Source: an uncultured delta proteobacterium | GTDB lineage: Bacteria > Desulfobacterota > RBG-13-43-22 | Direction: 5' to 3' | DNA: 64,000 nucleotides | Assembly (NCBI GenBank): GCA_963843145.1 | Contig: CAWJJC010000017.1 | Location: 96,001 to 160,000, forward strand | Shown: piece after piece, positions 49,113 to 60,595 of the stretch | Position numbering within the stretch: the stretch's first letter is position 1 | Layout of the letters: the number at the start of each line of letters is the position of its first letter | Made by a program: the position numbers and the translations under genes | The notes under the pieces: model-generated | Told to the model about the DNA's origin: nothing | Seen by the model: only the letters and a program-made list of their open reading frames with translations | Database searches by the model: none

Positions 49113-49985
49113 ATGAATAATTCATCCGAAGACCACCCTCCCAGTTTGATCGACCAGGTCCGGTCGCTCTTCAAAAAGAAATCCGAGTCCACTCCTGAAT
49201 CGATCCTGGAGAAAGATTTTCAGGAACTCATCGACCAGGGTGAAGAGCAGGGTCTCCTGACCCCCGAACAAGGGGACATGATCCATAGCATCTTCGAGTT
49301 TAAGGACACCATCGCGCGGGAAATCATGGTGCCTCGCACCGAGATCGTCGGCGTGGACGCCGACACCCGGATTCAAACGATTATTGATTTAATGGTCAAA
49401 CATGGCCATTCACGCCTTCCCCTCTATCATGAAAATCTGGACAATGTAATCGGTCTCCTTCATGTGAAGGACCTTTTACTCTACTGGGGACAGCCTACCG
49501 ATCAATCCCTGCCGACGGAAGTGATCCGCCAGCCCGTCTTCGTTCCGGAGACCAAAAAGATCGTTCAACTGCTGAAGGAATTAAGGGGTCAAAAATTTCA
49601 CATGGCCCTGGTTTTGGATGAATACGGGGGTATCTCGGGGCTGGTTACCATGGAGGATATTATCGAGGAAATTATCGGAGAGATCGAGGACGAATACGAC
49701 CGTCAGGAACCCCGCCTAATTCCCCTGGATGAAGGCCGGGCGGAAGTGGATGCCCGCCTGGAGATCGAAGACCTGGAAAACTATTTTAACCTGGAAATCG
49801 GGGAACGGGATTTCGAATCGGTGGGGGGGTTTATCATCCATCTCTTAGGCCGGGTGCCCAAGGCCGGCGAAAAGATCTTTCATCAGGATCTGGAAATCAC
49901 CGTGCTGGAGGCCGACAGCCGCCGGGTTCGCCGCCTGCGCATTGAAAAAATACCGGAACAACCGCCGGAACCCTTCCTGGGGTGA
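49113..49985 (+). CDS. HlyC/CorC family CBS-domain protein
   Basis: REIMVPR, HSRLP, VPETK, DEYGG..GLVT.ED..EEI.GEI.DEYD, CorC C-terminal domain. Confidence 0.9.
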   Translation: MNNSSEDHPPSLIDQVRSLFKKKSESTPESILEKDFQELIDQGEEQGLLTPEQGDMIHSIFEFKDTIAREIMVPRTEIVGVDADTRIQTIIDLMVKHGHSRLPLYHENLDNVIGLLHVKDLLLYWGQPTDQSLPTEVIRQPVFVPETKKIVQLLKELRGQKFHMALVLDEYGGISGLVTMEDIIEEIIGEIEDEYDRQEPRLIPLDEGRAEVDARLEIEDLENYFNLEIGERDFESVGGFIIHLLGRVPKAGEKIFHQDLEITVLEADSRRVRRLRIEKIPEQPPEPFLG

Positions 49986-49989
49986 AACC

Positions 49990-50120
49990 GGTTGTTGGTT
50001 GCAGGTTACCAGTTGCCTGCTAAAACCTGACCAAAATTCGAAAAGTTTTTGTTTTGGTCATTTGTATTTTAGACCTTCGTGTTTGTTTCGGATTTCGTGC
50101 TTCGAATTTCGAATTTGTAT
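49990..50120. repeat. Heptamer-type degenerate repeat between convergent genes
   Basis: GGTTGTT GGTTGCA GGTTACC AGTTGCC and TTCGGAT TTCGTGC TTCGAAT TTCGAAT runs. Confidence 0.6.
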
Positions 50121-50124
50121 TCTC

Positions 50125-52820
50125 TTACTTTTTAGCCTCCTTCATCTGCTTCAGCAACTGCTCCAGGTCTTTCAGGGCCTGCCCATAAGCCGTCCAGTTC
50201 TCCTCCCGCAGGGCCTGTCTGGCCCTCTGCAATTGTTGCCAGGCTAAATCAGGCAAAGGTTTTCCCCCTTCGGATTTAACGACCGCCGCCTCGGGTGTCT
50301 TATCTTCTTTTGCCTTTTTGCCCTCCTGTCCGAAGATCCGGGCCAGGGCTTTGTCGAGGGTCTCTTCCATGGCAATCTGATTTTCATAGGCCACGATGAC
50401 CCGCTTCAATTCCGGGATCTGCCCCGACTCGGCCTTGATATAGAGGGGCTGCACATAGATCAAGGATTCCTCGATAGGGATGACCAGCAGCGTTCCCAAG
50501 GTGACCTTGGAGCCCCGCTGGTCCCACAAAGAGAGCTGGCGGGAGATCTCCGGGTCCTGGTTGATGCGGGACTCGATCTGCTTGGGCCCATAGACCAGAC
50601 GCTGCTTGGGAAAACGGTAGACCACGAATTTGCCGTAATCCGGAAAGTCGCACTTCACCGACATCCAGGCGGCCAGGTTGTCCTTTTTTTGCGGGGTAAA
50701 GGGGATCATCAGGATGAATTCCTCCTTCTTTTCCCTTGGCAGGCGCATGATGGTATAGTACGGCTCCATGTCCTTCTTGCCTGAACGCAAGTTGGTAGGA
50801 ATTTCCCACAGGTCTTCTTTATTATAAAAGGTCTGGGGATTGTTCATGTGGTAGGTGGCGTAGATGTTGGCCTGGAGGTTAAAAAGAAAATGGGGGTAGC
50901 GCAAATGGTTTTTTAGATCCGGGGCCAGGGCCGACAGCGGTTGGAACAACCCCGGGAAGATCCGGGCATACGCCTTAATTAAAGGGTCCTTTTCATCTTT
51001 GATATAATAATGCACGGTGCCTTCGTAAGCGTCCACCACCGCCACGGCCGAGTTGCGGATGTAATTCCCCAGTCGACGAATGGGTCGGGAGTAAGGATAG
51101 TTGTCGGAAACGGTGTAGGCATCGGCGATCCAGTACAACTTACCCTGGGAAACAACCAGATAGGGGTCGCGGTCTACCTGGAGAAACGGTACCACCTTCT
51201 GGACCCGGTTAAAAACGGAACGGGTAAAGAGGATTCGGCTTTCCGGGGTGATATCCGAGGAAAGGATAATTTTAAAAGACCCGAAACGTATGGCCCAAAG
51301 GATCTTTTTAAGAAACCCGCCCATGCGGATGCCGCCTTTTCCTTGATAACTGGCAAAGACGTTCTGATCGCCCGAAGGGTAATTAAATTCCTTTTGCCGG
51401 GTATTGACGATGATGTAATCGTTTTCGATCTCCCCAAAATAGATCTCCGGTTGGGTGACCTGCAGCGTGGTTTTGGAAACCGGGGGAATATCCTGGATCA
51501 GCAGGGCCGGCAACCCCTCCGGAGTCACCTGGTTTACCACCCCCAGGGTCAATCCGTAGCCGTGGGTATAAACCAAGTGCTCATTGATCCAGCCCTTACT
51601 GGGCAGGTCGGCGTAGGACAGTTCCCGAGGAGACAGCAACACCTGACGGTATTCGTTGTTAATCTGATAGCGGTCATTATCCACGGACTGGAACTTATAA
51701 TAGGTCCGGATTTCCTGGAGCTGGCTGAAGGTCTCCAAGAGCGGCTGGTGATCCCAGAGGCGGATGTTTTTAACGGTTAACCGGTTGTCATCGATCAATT
51801 CCGGGGTCAGGGAGGTGGCCGCCGTCAAGGTACGCTCTTCCACCCGATCCAACCCAAAACCCTGCAGGGTCCCTTGAATATAGCGGGCCAGGTAAGGCGT
51901 CTCCTTGTGAATCTCATTGGGGGTGACCACAAAACGCTGGACTATTCCCGGCAGGGCCTGGACGCCGATCAAATAGATCGCGATAAAGGCGGCCAGGACT
52001 CCCGTGAGGATCTTCCCTTTGGTTTGAACATTAATGAAAAAAAGACCAGCCCGGTAAAGGCCGAGATGATCACCATGAGGTTCATGGCCGGCAGGACATA
52101 GTTCTGATCCACAAAACCCGGGCCGAAGACTACTCCCCGGCCGGTAAACAGCATATCATAGCGGGAAAGATAAAAATAAAAGGCCAGGTAAAGAAACAGA
52201 ACTCCCAGAAGGGCCGCCAAATATTTCTTTACCCAGGGTTGAACGCTGAAGCCCTTATCCGAGTACTGAAACTGGAAACGGACAATGATGATCCCCAGCG
52301 CCGCGATGAGACAGAGGAACCACAAACCGCCGAACCACCCGCTCAGGTATTCCCAAAAAGGCAGCCGGAAGAGATAGAAAGAGATATCTTGCTGAAAAAC
52401 CGGATCCTTGGTTCCGACCGGCAGGGCATTCCAAAAAAGTTGCAGGTTTTCCCATTGTCCGGCCGCCGCCATTCCGAATAGGATTCCGATCAAGATGGCC
52501 GCCGGTTTCAAAAAACGCTGTAGTTGTTCTTCCAGCCAGACGGGTATCGTGAAGGGAAACTGACGGGGACCGGCTGAAACCGTCTGGTGGGCCAGCCGAA
52601 AAAGCACCCGACCGTTGGCATAAAAAATCAGCCCTGAAACCACACCCATAACCAAGGCCAACATGAATTTGAAATTTAGCAGGCGGAGGAAAACCGAGGC
52701 ATAGCCCAGGGATTGGAACCAGAGCCATTCGGTATAAAATCCCAGGAGGCTGGAACCAAAAACAAAGAGAAGAAAAATGATTCCAAAAAAAATGAGGGTG
52801 GAACGTTTGCGGGCGGCCAT
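50125..52820 (-). CDS. UPF0182 family membrane protein, frameshifted near 52020
   Basis: WLWF.SLG, DP.F..DISFY.F.LP in the first frame; NIRLWD, HLVYTHGYG, NYIRNS, FYN.EDLW in the second. Confidence 0.9.
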
Positions 52821-52974
52821 GGCTGCTCCTTTTGTTTCCCGGTTGAAAAAGGGTTCGATCGGTTAAGGGATAGCTTAACCTGGATTGAAGGGTCTGTCAA
52901 ATCAAACCCGACCTGTTTTTCAGGTTGACACCACAGCTTTCTTTATGGGAATTAATATGAAAAAGGAGGTTTTT

Positions 52975-54313
52975 ATGATCGCTCGATACACCCGTCCCAT
53001 TATGGAAAAGCTCTGGAACCAGGAAACACGCTATCAAAAATGGCTGGAGGTGGAAATCGCCGCCTGTGAAGCCCTCGCCGGACTGGGCTATATTCCCCCC
53101 AAAGACCTGGCCGCGATCCAAAAAAAGGCCCGCTTCTCCGTGGAACGGATCGAGGCCATCGAGCTGGAAACCAAGCACGACGTCATCGCCTTTCTGACCA
53201 GTGTCGCGGAACACGTGGGACCGGCCAGCCGGCACATCCATTTGGGCTTAACCTCTTCCGATGTGCTGGATACTTCCATGGCCATCCTGTTGAAGGAAGC
53301 CGCGGATATTTTATTGGAAGACCTGAAGGCCTTGCAGGAAGCCATCCGGGAACAGGCCTTCCGCCATAAAAAAACAGTGATGATCGGCCGCTCCCACGGG
53401 ATCCATGCCGAACCCATCACCTTCGGCCTGAAACTGGCCATCTGGTACGACGAAAGCAAACGCAATCAGCGGCGTCTGGAACAGGCCCGGGAATCCATCG
53501 CCGTCGGCAAGATTTCCGGGGCGGTGGGGACCTTCGCCCACATCTCCCCGTCCGTTGAGGCTTATGTCTGTAAAAAACTGGGGCTCAAACCCGCTCCGGC
53601 CTCCAGCCAGATCGTCCAGCGGGACCGCTATGCCGAGTTTTTTTGCGCCCTGGCTATCCTGGCCGGATCCATCGAAAAGATGGCCGTGGAAATCCGACAC
53701 CTCCAACGGACCGAGGTTTTAGAGGCGGAAGAATATTTCTCCAAAGGACAGAAAGGCTCCTCGGCCATGCCCCACAAACGCAATCCCATTGCCTCGGAAA
53801 ACCTGGCCGGCCTGGCCCGACTGATCCGCGGCTATGCCCTGTCGGCCCTGGAAAACCAGCCCCTCTGGCACGAACGGGACATCAGCCATTCCTCGGTGGA
53901 GCGGGTCATCGGCCCCGATGCCACTACCCTCTTGGACTACATGCTGGCCCGCCTGACCGGCCTGATCAAGAACCTGATCGTCTACCCGGAAAACATGAAA
54001 CGCAACCTGGAGATCACCCGGGGCCTGCCCTTCTCCGAAGGGGTGCTCCTGGCCCTGACCCGTAAAGGAATCACCCGTGAGGAAGCCTATAAGGTAGTCC
54101 AGGAAAATGCGATGAAGGTCTGGGCCGGACGAGGGAAACCGCTTTCAGGACCTGCTGGCCGCCGATCCCCGCATTCAGCAATGGTTGAAGCCCAAGGAGC
54201 TGGCCGCCCTCTTTGACCTGGACCACACGTTGAAGAATGTGGATACGATTTTTAAACGAGTGTTTGGGAAGGTAAATAAATATAGCGACCTAAAAGGTGA
54301 ACCTGCCTTTTAA
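52975..54313 (+). CDS. purB: Adenylosuccinate lyase, frameshifted near 54135
   Basis: MIARY start after AAGGAGG; HDV, GLTSSD, GRSHG.HAEP, SSAMPHKRNP; C-terminus (FQDLL..DP...IFKRVFG) continues in another frame to TAA at 54313. Confidence 0.93.
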
Positions 54314-54364
54314 TAAACTATCTAGCGCGAACTACGAACTGTGAATATGGAAAAGGAGGATTAA

Positions 54365-54988
54365 CTACCAGATATCAGGCTTAAAAATTTTGGTGCCGGG
54401 GATCGGATTAGGCAATTGGGATTGGGCCAACGCCCCCTTCCTTATTCTTTTTATAAAATCAGCATGTCTTAACAATTCTTTCGATGGCCGGTCCACCGGG
54501 GTAAGTATACCTATTATTTTATCCGTTTGCTTTTTGACCAGTCGCAGGGCTTCTGCTAAGTCGCTGTCATTAGAAATGATTACAGCACAATCATAAACAT
54601 CTAGCCAGGCATCATTAAGTAAATGAACGGCCAGATTGACATCCGAGCCCTTTTCTTCCATTTTCTTTACTTTGGCGAATTGAATTGGTTGGGAATTTGC
54701 TAATGGCAGGAAAACAGGGTGGCTAAGGAAATGGCCGAAATAAATCCTAAGTTCCGGGATATGCTTTTCAACGGCCCGCAAGTAAGTCTGTTGACGTAAG
54801 GGTTTCCCAGGGTCTTGCTCCCCAGACACCAGGGCCGTAAAATATTTTATGATCTGAATTTCGTTGCGAGGGCTTAGGAGAAGGGATAGGAGCTTTTTGA
54901 AATCCAGCCATTTATAAGGGGTATCTTTAACCGTTCGGTAGTAAAGATTAAACCCATCGATGTAAATATAGGTTCGAAGTTTTTCCAT
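54365..54988 (-). CDS. NYN/LabA (DUF88, PIN-like) domain nuclease
   Basis: YIDGFNLY, EEKGSDVNLA, SNDSDL acidic active-site motifs. Confidence 0.9.
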   Translation of the reverse strand: MEKLRTYIYIDGFNLYYRTVKDTPYKWLDFKKLLSLLLSPRNEIQIIKYFTALVSGEQDPGKPLRQQTYLRAVEKHIPELRIYFGHFLSHPVFLPLANSQPIQFAKVKKMEEKGSDVNLAVHLLNDAWLDVYDCAVIISNDSDLAEALRLVKKQTDKIIGILTPVDRPSKELLRHADFIKRIRKGALAQSQLPNPIPGTKIFKPDIW

Positions 54989-55065
54989 AAAAAAGCAGGG
55001 GCCACAAGATGTGGCCCCGCAGCCCAGGTCGAAACCATGGGGGTGGTAAAAACCTTTAATAACCT
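54989..55065 (-). ncRNA. Putative ~75-nt structured leader RNA ending in an intrinsic terminator
   Basis: CCCA-T-GGT-TTCG-ACC-TGGG hairpin, then GCGGGGCCACA-TCT-TGTGGCCCCTGC-TTTTTT directly abutting the NYN ATG. Confidence 0.6.
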
Positions 55066-55071
55066 GGTAAG

Positions 55072-55101
55072 AAGTTAATCATGGGGGAATTTACTTGTCA
55101 A
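55072..55101 (-). promoter_or_regulatory. Sigma-70 promoter of the RNA-NYN unit
   Basis: TTGACA-N18-TAACTT. Confidence 0.65.
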
Positions 55102-55443
55102 GGGAAAAGTAATACTCGGCCTCGACCCCAAATTGGTTAATGGGCAACGGTCTCAGCCTCCATCTTTCGCTTCCCCCTTTCCTCGCTATCAGCTGAATTT
55201 CCTCAATCATTCTGGCGAAAAGAGAGATTTTCGGCCAATTCCCTTTTATCTGCTTTTTTACTATCCTCTTGATAACCGTTTAAATCTATTTACTTTTATT
55301 GAAAATTTTGCTTTATTCTCATAATGTCCATAACGAACCCGATCGTTTTTTAGGGTGGGGGAAAAGTCAACCACTTAGGCCGATAATCAAGAAAACTTCC
55401 TTTGCAGAGGAGTGGTAAATCCTCTTATTGATCGCTCAACTAT

Positions 55444-57043
55444 ATGCCTACGTTAGATTGGATTGGTAAGAAAGCGGTTTTAAACCACCACCGGCAGGTT
55501 CCTTATCACCTGCTGCGGTCTGAAGAAGCTTTGTCCGTTGGGGACCCGGACAGCGGAAATTTACTGGTCCAAGGCGACAATCTTTTGGCCCTCAAAGCCC
55601 TGCTCCCCTATTATGCCGGCAAGGTTAAATGTGTCTATATCGATCCCCCTTACAATACAGGCAACGAAAATTGGGTCTATAACGACGCCGTCAATAGTCC
55701 GGAGATGAAGCATTGGCTGGGGAAGGTGGTTGGGGCCGAGGCGGAAGATCTTTCCAGACACGACAAATGGCTATCTATGATGTATCCCCGTCTTTCTCTT
55801 TTGAGGGAATTTTTAACTGAAGACGGGGCCATCTTTATCAGCATTGACGATAACGAAGTCCAGTATCTTCGCTGTATAATGGATGAGATTTTTGGCCCTC
55901 GTAATTTTATTGCCTCAATAATCTGGCAAAAAATATTATTCACCAAAAAACACAGCACGCCATTTTTCTGAAAATCATGATTTTATAATCCTTTATTCAA
56001 AGAATGGAGATATTTGGCGACCCAAATTAATACCTCGAAGGGAACAGCAAAATATTCGATATAAAAATTTAGACGATGATCCAAGAGGGCCCTGGACTTC
56101 TGGTGATGTGTCCGCCCGCAATTTTTATGGTGCCGGGACATATCCAATTACTTGTCCTTCAGGACGACTTATCCCAGGCCCTCCAAAAGGGATGTATTGG
56201 CGAGTCTCTAAAGAAACGTTTGAAAGGTTGGACAATGAAGGGCGAATTTGGTGGGGGAAAAATAGAAACAATATTCCCCGTATCAAGAGATTTCTATCCG
56301 AAGTTAAAGATGGGATCGTACCAGAGACAATTTGGAGCCACGGTGAAGTCGGAAATACTCAAGAGGCAAAGAAAGAATTGTTGGCTATATGTGACTTTGA
56401 AGACTCCAGTGCCGTTTTTATTACCCCCAAACCAACCCGACTGATTCGACGAATCCTGGAAATCGCTACCGACAAAGATTCCCTGGTTTTGGATTCTTTT
56501 GCCGGCAGTGGGACCACAGGCCATGCTGTCTTGGGGTTAAACCAAGATGATGGGGGCAGCCGTCGTTTCATCCTGGTGGAGATGGACCCTTCTATTTGCC
56601 GAAAGGTGACCGCTCAGAGACTTACCCGGGTCATAGAAGGATATAACAATACTCCCGGTATGGGAGGGGGATTCCAATTCTGCTCCCTGGTTGAACCTCT
56701 CTTTGACGAATCCGGAAATATCCGGGAAACTGTCGCCTATCCGGATCTGGCGGCACACGTGTTCTTTGCCGAAACCGGATCCCCCATTCCCAAACCGGCT
56801 CAGGGTAATACCCCCCTTCTTGGTTTTCATAACGGGCAAGCTGTTTATCTTTTGTTTAATGGGGTGATGGGGGACAAGCGACCTCAAAGTGGGAATGTGT
56901 TAACCCGCGAACTCCTTCAAAAACTACCTCCCCATGATGGTCCTATGGTTGTTTATGGGGAGGGCTGCCGGATTGGGGAAAACCGGCTTAAAAGTGAAAG
57001 GATCATCTTCAAACAAATTCCCTACGCTATCAAAGTGAACTGA
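55444..57043 (+). CDS. mod: Type III R-M methyltransferase subunit (Mod), +1 frameshift near 55935
   Basis: MPTLDWIGK, GDNL.AL, IDPPYNTG, then PKP..LI.RI and DSFAGSGTT in the second frame; restored junction reads WQK.YSPKNTARHFSENHD. Confidence 0.88.
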
Positions 57044-57045
57044 AT

Positions 57046-59646
57046 ATGCTCCCCCTTCGGGAATATCAAAAACGAAGTCTCGATGCCTTACAATCCTATC
57101 TGAGTTTGGTCACCCAAGATGGGGCAAAAAGGGCCTATGTGATCCAAACCGAAAGGCCTTACCGATCCGTTCCCCAACTCCCGGAACTCCCCTACGTCTG
57201 TCTGCGGGTGCCAACCGGCGGGGGCAAGACCTTGATGGCCTGCCATGCGCTGGGAATGGTCGCCAAGACTTACTTGCAAAGAGAAAAAACTATCTGCCTG
57301 TGGTTGGTCCCCTCCAGTGCCATTCGCGAACAGACTCTAGTGGCCTTACGCAACCGTGAGCATCCCTACCGACAGGTTATCGATGATCAATTCGATGGTC
57401 TGGTCAGGGTGATGGATATCACCGAGGCCCTTTATGTCCAAAGGAACTCCCTCGAAGACGAGACCGTTATCATTATTTCCACCCTAGCCGCTCTCCGGGT
57501 GGAGGATACGGAGGGGAGGAAGGTTTACGAGGATTCCGGTGCTCTTCAGCATCATTTTTTCGGCCTATCCAGGAAATTGAAGGACCTGATCGAAAAGAGA
57601 GAAGACGGGACCATCCCCCATTCTCTCTCCAATGTCCTCAGGCTTTGGAGACCCATTGTGATCATGGATGAAGCCCACAACGCCCGCACCCCCCTGTCTT
57701 TTTATACCCTGGCCCGTTTTAACCCATCTTGCATCATAGAATTCACGGCTACTCCCGAAACGTCACATAACCCGGAAAAAAATCTATTTGCCAGTAATGT
57801 CCTGCATCACGTCTCGGCCGCCGAACTGAAGGCCGAGGAAATGATTAAACTTCCCATCAAGCTGCGGACTCATGAAGACTGGCAGGAGGTTATTGCCGAA
57901 GCCCTTCAGATGCAGCAAAGTTTAGAGAAGGCGGCCGGATCCGAAGAAAAAATTTCCGGCGAATACATACGGCCCATTATCCTCTTCCAGGCCCAGCCAA
58001 AAAATCACGACAAACCAACACTGACCGTGGAGGTCGTCAAGAAAACCCTGATCGAGGATTTTAAAATTTCTGAAGAGGAGATCGCTATTGCCACCGGTCA
58101 AACCCATGGAATTGACAACGTGGATATCTTCGCTCGGGATTGTCCCATCCGCTACATTATTACCGTCTATGCTTTGAAAGAAGGGTGGGACTGTTCCTAT
58201 GCCTATATCCTCTGCTCGTTGGCCGAAATGGGTTCATCTCGGGCAGTCGAACAGATTTTGGGAAGGATCCTGCGGCTTCCAGGAGCCAAAAGAAAAACTC
58301 GAGATCCTTTGAATTGGGCTTACGCTTTTGTGGCTTCACCAAAATTTCTAGAGGCAGCCAATTCTTTAAAAGATGCTTTGATTGAGAACGGCTTTCAGAA
58401 AATGGAGGCCATGGACTTCATTAAACCCTTTGAACAGGTCCCTATTTCCATCCGTGGTCCTTTGTTCGAACAGGTTTCGTGCTCGCCGGATTTTGCCAAG
58501 CTCCCCCCCACCCTTGAAAAGACCCTTACCTATGAGCAAAGCACCGGCAGGCTGGTTTTGGGAGGAGACCTTTCTTTTCGGGAAAAGCAGGCTTTAATTA
58601 AATCCTATGACCTCCCGGAAGATAAAGCGGCTGTCGAACGGCTTTATCAGGCCGTCCAAGGTGCACGGGTAGAAAAAGACACGACTCTCGCGACCAAGGA
58701 TTCCTTTCAGGTCCCCTTGATGGCCGTACGGTTTGGCGACCAGGTGGAATTATTTGAAGAAAATCATTTTCTTGATGTTCACTGGAATCTGGCCGAATTA
58801 AACCCTACGCTGTCGGAAGAAGAATTTCCATCTAAAAAGCTGTCCGGGGCCACTGGACAAGTGGATGTGGACGATAAGGGGATCATTGCGGTTCAATTTG
58901 TTCATCAAATACAGGAGCAAATAAGCTGGCTAACCAGTGAAGCCGGTTGGACTATGCCCGCCTTGGCCAACTGGATCGACCATCAAATCTACCATCCGGA
59001 CATCACCCAGGCCTATTCCAGTCTTTTTATCCATAAATCAATCGAAAATCTGATCGAAAAACGGGGGCTGACTATTGAACAATTGGCCCGGGAAAAATTC
59101 CGCCTTCGGAACGCCATAACCGCCAAGATTCAAGAATATCGCCTCGCCCAGCATAGAAAGGCTTATCAGCAGGCATTGTTCGGCTCTGAGGCTTTACCAG
59201 TCCAGGTCGGTCCCGGATTGATCCTCCCCTTATCCGAGGAAGACTATTCCCCAAATTGGTATTACGAAGGATCATTTGAATTCCAAAAGCATTATTTCAA
59301 GCGTATCGGAGAACTCCGATCCGAAGGGGAAGAATTTGAGTGCGCGGTGTTTTTGGACAGTCTCTCCCATATCAAATATTGGGTGCGGAATTTAGAACGA
59401 CGCAAAGATACCTCTTTTTGGCTGCAGACCGCTTCCGACCGTTTCTATCCAGACTTCCTTGCCCTCCTGGAAGACGGCCGAATTCTGGCCTTGGAATATA
59501 AGGGAGAACACCTTTGGAGCAACGACGACTCAAAAGAAAAGAGGGCGGTCGGCGAGCTCTGGGCGGAAAGAAGTGGGGGAAAATGTCTGTTTGTGATGAC
59601 CAAGGGGAAAAACTGGGAAACAGCCGTTGGAGGTTTAGGCACCTAG
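57046..59646 (+). CDS. res: Type III R-M restriction subunit (Res; SF2 helicase plus PD-(D/E)xK nuclease)
   Basis: PTGGGKT, DEAH, TATP, LKEGWD, QILGRILR, FYPDF...EYKG. Confidence 0.9.
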   Translation: MLPLREYQKRSLDALQSYLSLVTQDGAKRAYVIQTERPYRSVPQLPELPYVCLRVPTGGGKTLMACHALGMVAKTYLQREKTICLWLVPSSAIREQTLVALRNREHPYRQVIDDQFDGLVRVMDITEALYVQRNSLEDETVIIISTLAALRVEDTEGRKVYEDSGALQHHFFGLSRKLKDLIEKREDGTIPHSLSNVLRLWRPIVIMDEAHNARTPLSFYTLARFNPSCIIEFTATPETSHNPEKNLFASNVLHHVSAAELKAEEMIKLPIKLRTHEDWQEVIAEALQMQQSLEKAAGSEEKISGEYIRPIILFQAQPKNHDKPTLTVEVVKKTLIEDFKISEEEIAIATGQTHGIDNVDIFARDCPIRYIITVYALKEGWDCSYAYILCSLAEMGSSRAVEQILGRILRLPGAKRKTRDPLNWAYAFVASPKFLEAANSLKDALIENGFQKMEAMDFIKPFEQVPISIRGPLFEQVSCSPDFAKLPPTLEKTLTYEQSTGRLVLGGDLSFREKQALIKSYDLPEDKAAVERLYQAVQGARVEKDTTLATKDSFQVPLMAVRFGDQVELFEENHFLDVHWNLAELNPTLSEEEFPSKKLSGATGQVDVDDKGIIAVQFVHQIQEQISWLTSEAGWTMPALANWIDHQIYHPDITQAYSSLFIHKSIENLIEKRGLTIEQLAREKFRLRNAITAKIQEYRLAQHRKAYQQALFGSEALPVQVGPGLILPLSEEDYSPNWYYEGSFEFQKHYFKRIGELRSEGEEFECAVFLDSLSHIKYWVRNLERRKDTSFWLQTASDRFYPDFLALLEDGRILALEYKGEHLWSNDDSKEKRAVGELWAERSGGKCLFVMTKGKNWETAVGGLGT

Positions 59647-59763
59647 GCCGATTTCTTCGATAATTGGGAGGGGGATAGAGTCTATCTCTAAATGGACCTT
59701 AAACTTGATTGTCCATCCTATGCGAAGGCCGGATTGTTTGAATTCAGTTAGTAAACAATTTTA

Positions 59764-59793
59764 TTGCAATAGTAGTATCGAATCTGATATCAT
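59764..59793 (+). promoter_or_regulatory. hicAB promoter with an overlapping imperfect palindrome (candidate operator)
   Basis: TTGCAA-N18-TATCAT overlapping TAGTATC-N6-GATATCA. Confidence 0.5.
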
Positions 59794-59817
59794 TTCAATT
59801 TAAGGTTCTCCATTAAT

Positions 59818-60090
59818 ATGTCGAAAATTAAAAAAGGGATAAGTCCAAAAGATCTATTATTAGACCTGAAAACTCCGTTAATGTGGAGGGATTTTAAAAA
59901 AATATTAAACAATTATGGATTTGAATGCGAAAACAAAAAGGGTTCAATTCGCGTTTTTGTCCATAACGACGGGGTTCTGTTTAACGCTCATGAACCCCAT
60001 GGCCGAGAAAAAACTACTCACCATTTAGACAGAAAAAAAGCCTGGGAGGCTATTGAGCGGGTGGAGGAATCGAATGAAGAAAGATATTAA
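59818..60090 (+). CDS. hicA: HicA family mRNA interferase toxin
   Basis: W.DF..IL..YGF....KGS.R.F...H.PH pattern; overlaps hicB. Confidence 0.8.
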   Translation: MSKIKKGISPKDLLLDLKTPLMWRDFKKILNNYGFECENKKGSIRVFVHNDGVLFNAHEPHGREKTTHHLDRKKAWEAIERVEESNEERY

Positions 60091-60577
60091 ATACTACATA
60101 GGGTTAAATTATCCGGTAACCCTTGAAAAAAATCCGGAAGGGGGATTCTCCATTGAAATTCCAGACCTTCCAGGGTGCCATGCTTATGGAAAAACCCTTA
60201 AAGAGGCATGGGAAAGACTCCAAAAAGCAAAAGAAGCATGGATAAGTGTAAGCATAGAAAAAGGGTTTCCAATCGAAGAACCCGTTGAAAATCAATTCAG
60301 CGGAAAATTACTATTAAGAATACCTCCAAAATTGCATGCTAAATTAGCTAAAGGGGCAAAAAGAAATCGCGTCAGTCTCAACAGATATATGCAAACCAAA
60401 TTGGAAGATGAGAACAACATCGGTTTGTTTGAAAAAAAGTTTGATTATATTGTTAACAAACTTAATATGTTAGAAGAAAGAATTGTCGATCTTTCCTCAA
60501 AAAGAGATAAGACCGAAGGTATCCCAACAACTACTTCAAGTAGCATTGAGGACTTTGCACCAAAATATATAAATTAG
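60074..60577 (+). CDS. hicB: HicB family antitoxin
   Basis: PDLPGC.A.G.T..EA and FSGK..LRIP..LH..L...A....VSLN RHH; start at ATG 60074 after GGAGG. Confidence 0.88.
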   Translation: MKKDIKYYIGLNYPVTLEKNPEGGFSIEIPDLPGCHAYGKTLKEAWERLQKAKEAWISVSIEKGFPIEEPVENQFSGKLLLRIPPKLHAKLAKGAKRNRVSLNRYMQTKLEDENNIGLFEKKFDYIVNKLNMLEERIVDLSSKRDKTEGIPTTTSSSIEDFAPKYIN

Positions 60578-60595
60578 AAATTAAAGGGGAAAAAA

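Noticed and set aside
54240-54330. Integration (att) site at the purB 3' end
   Set aside because: I found no duplicated purB tail at the far side of the islet and no integrase.
55920-55950. Phase variation of the type III mod gene
   Set aside because: Only short A6 runs and no simple-sequence repeat tract; similar indels throughout the window point to assembly error.
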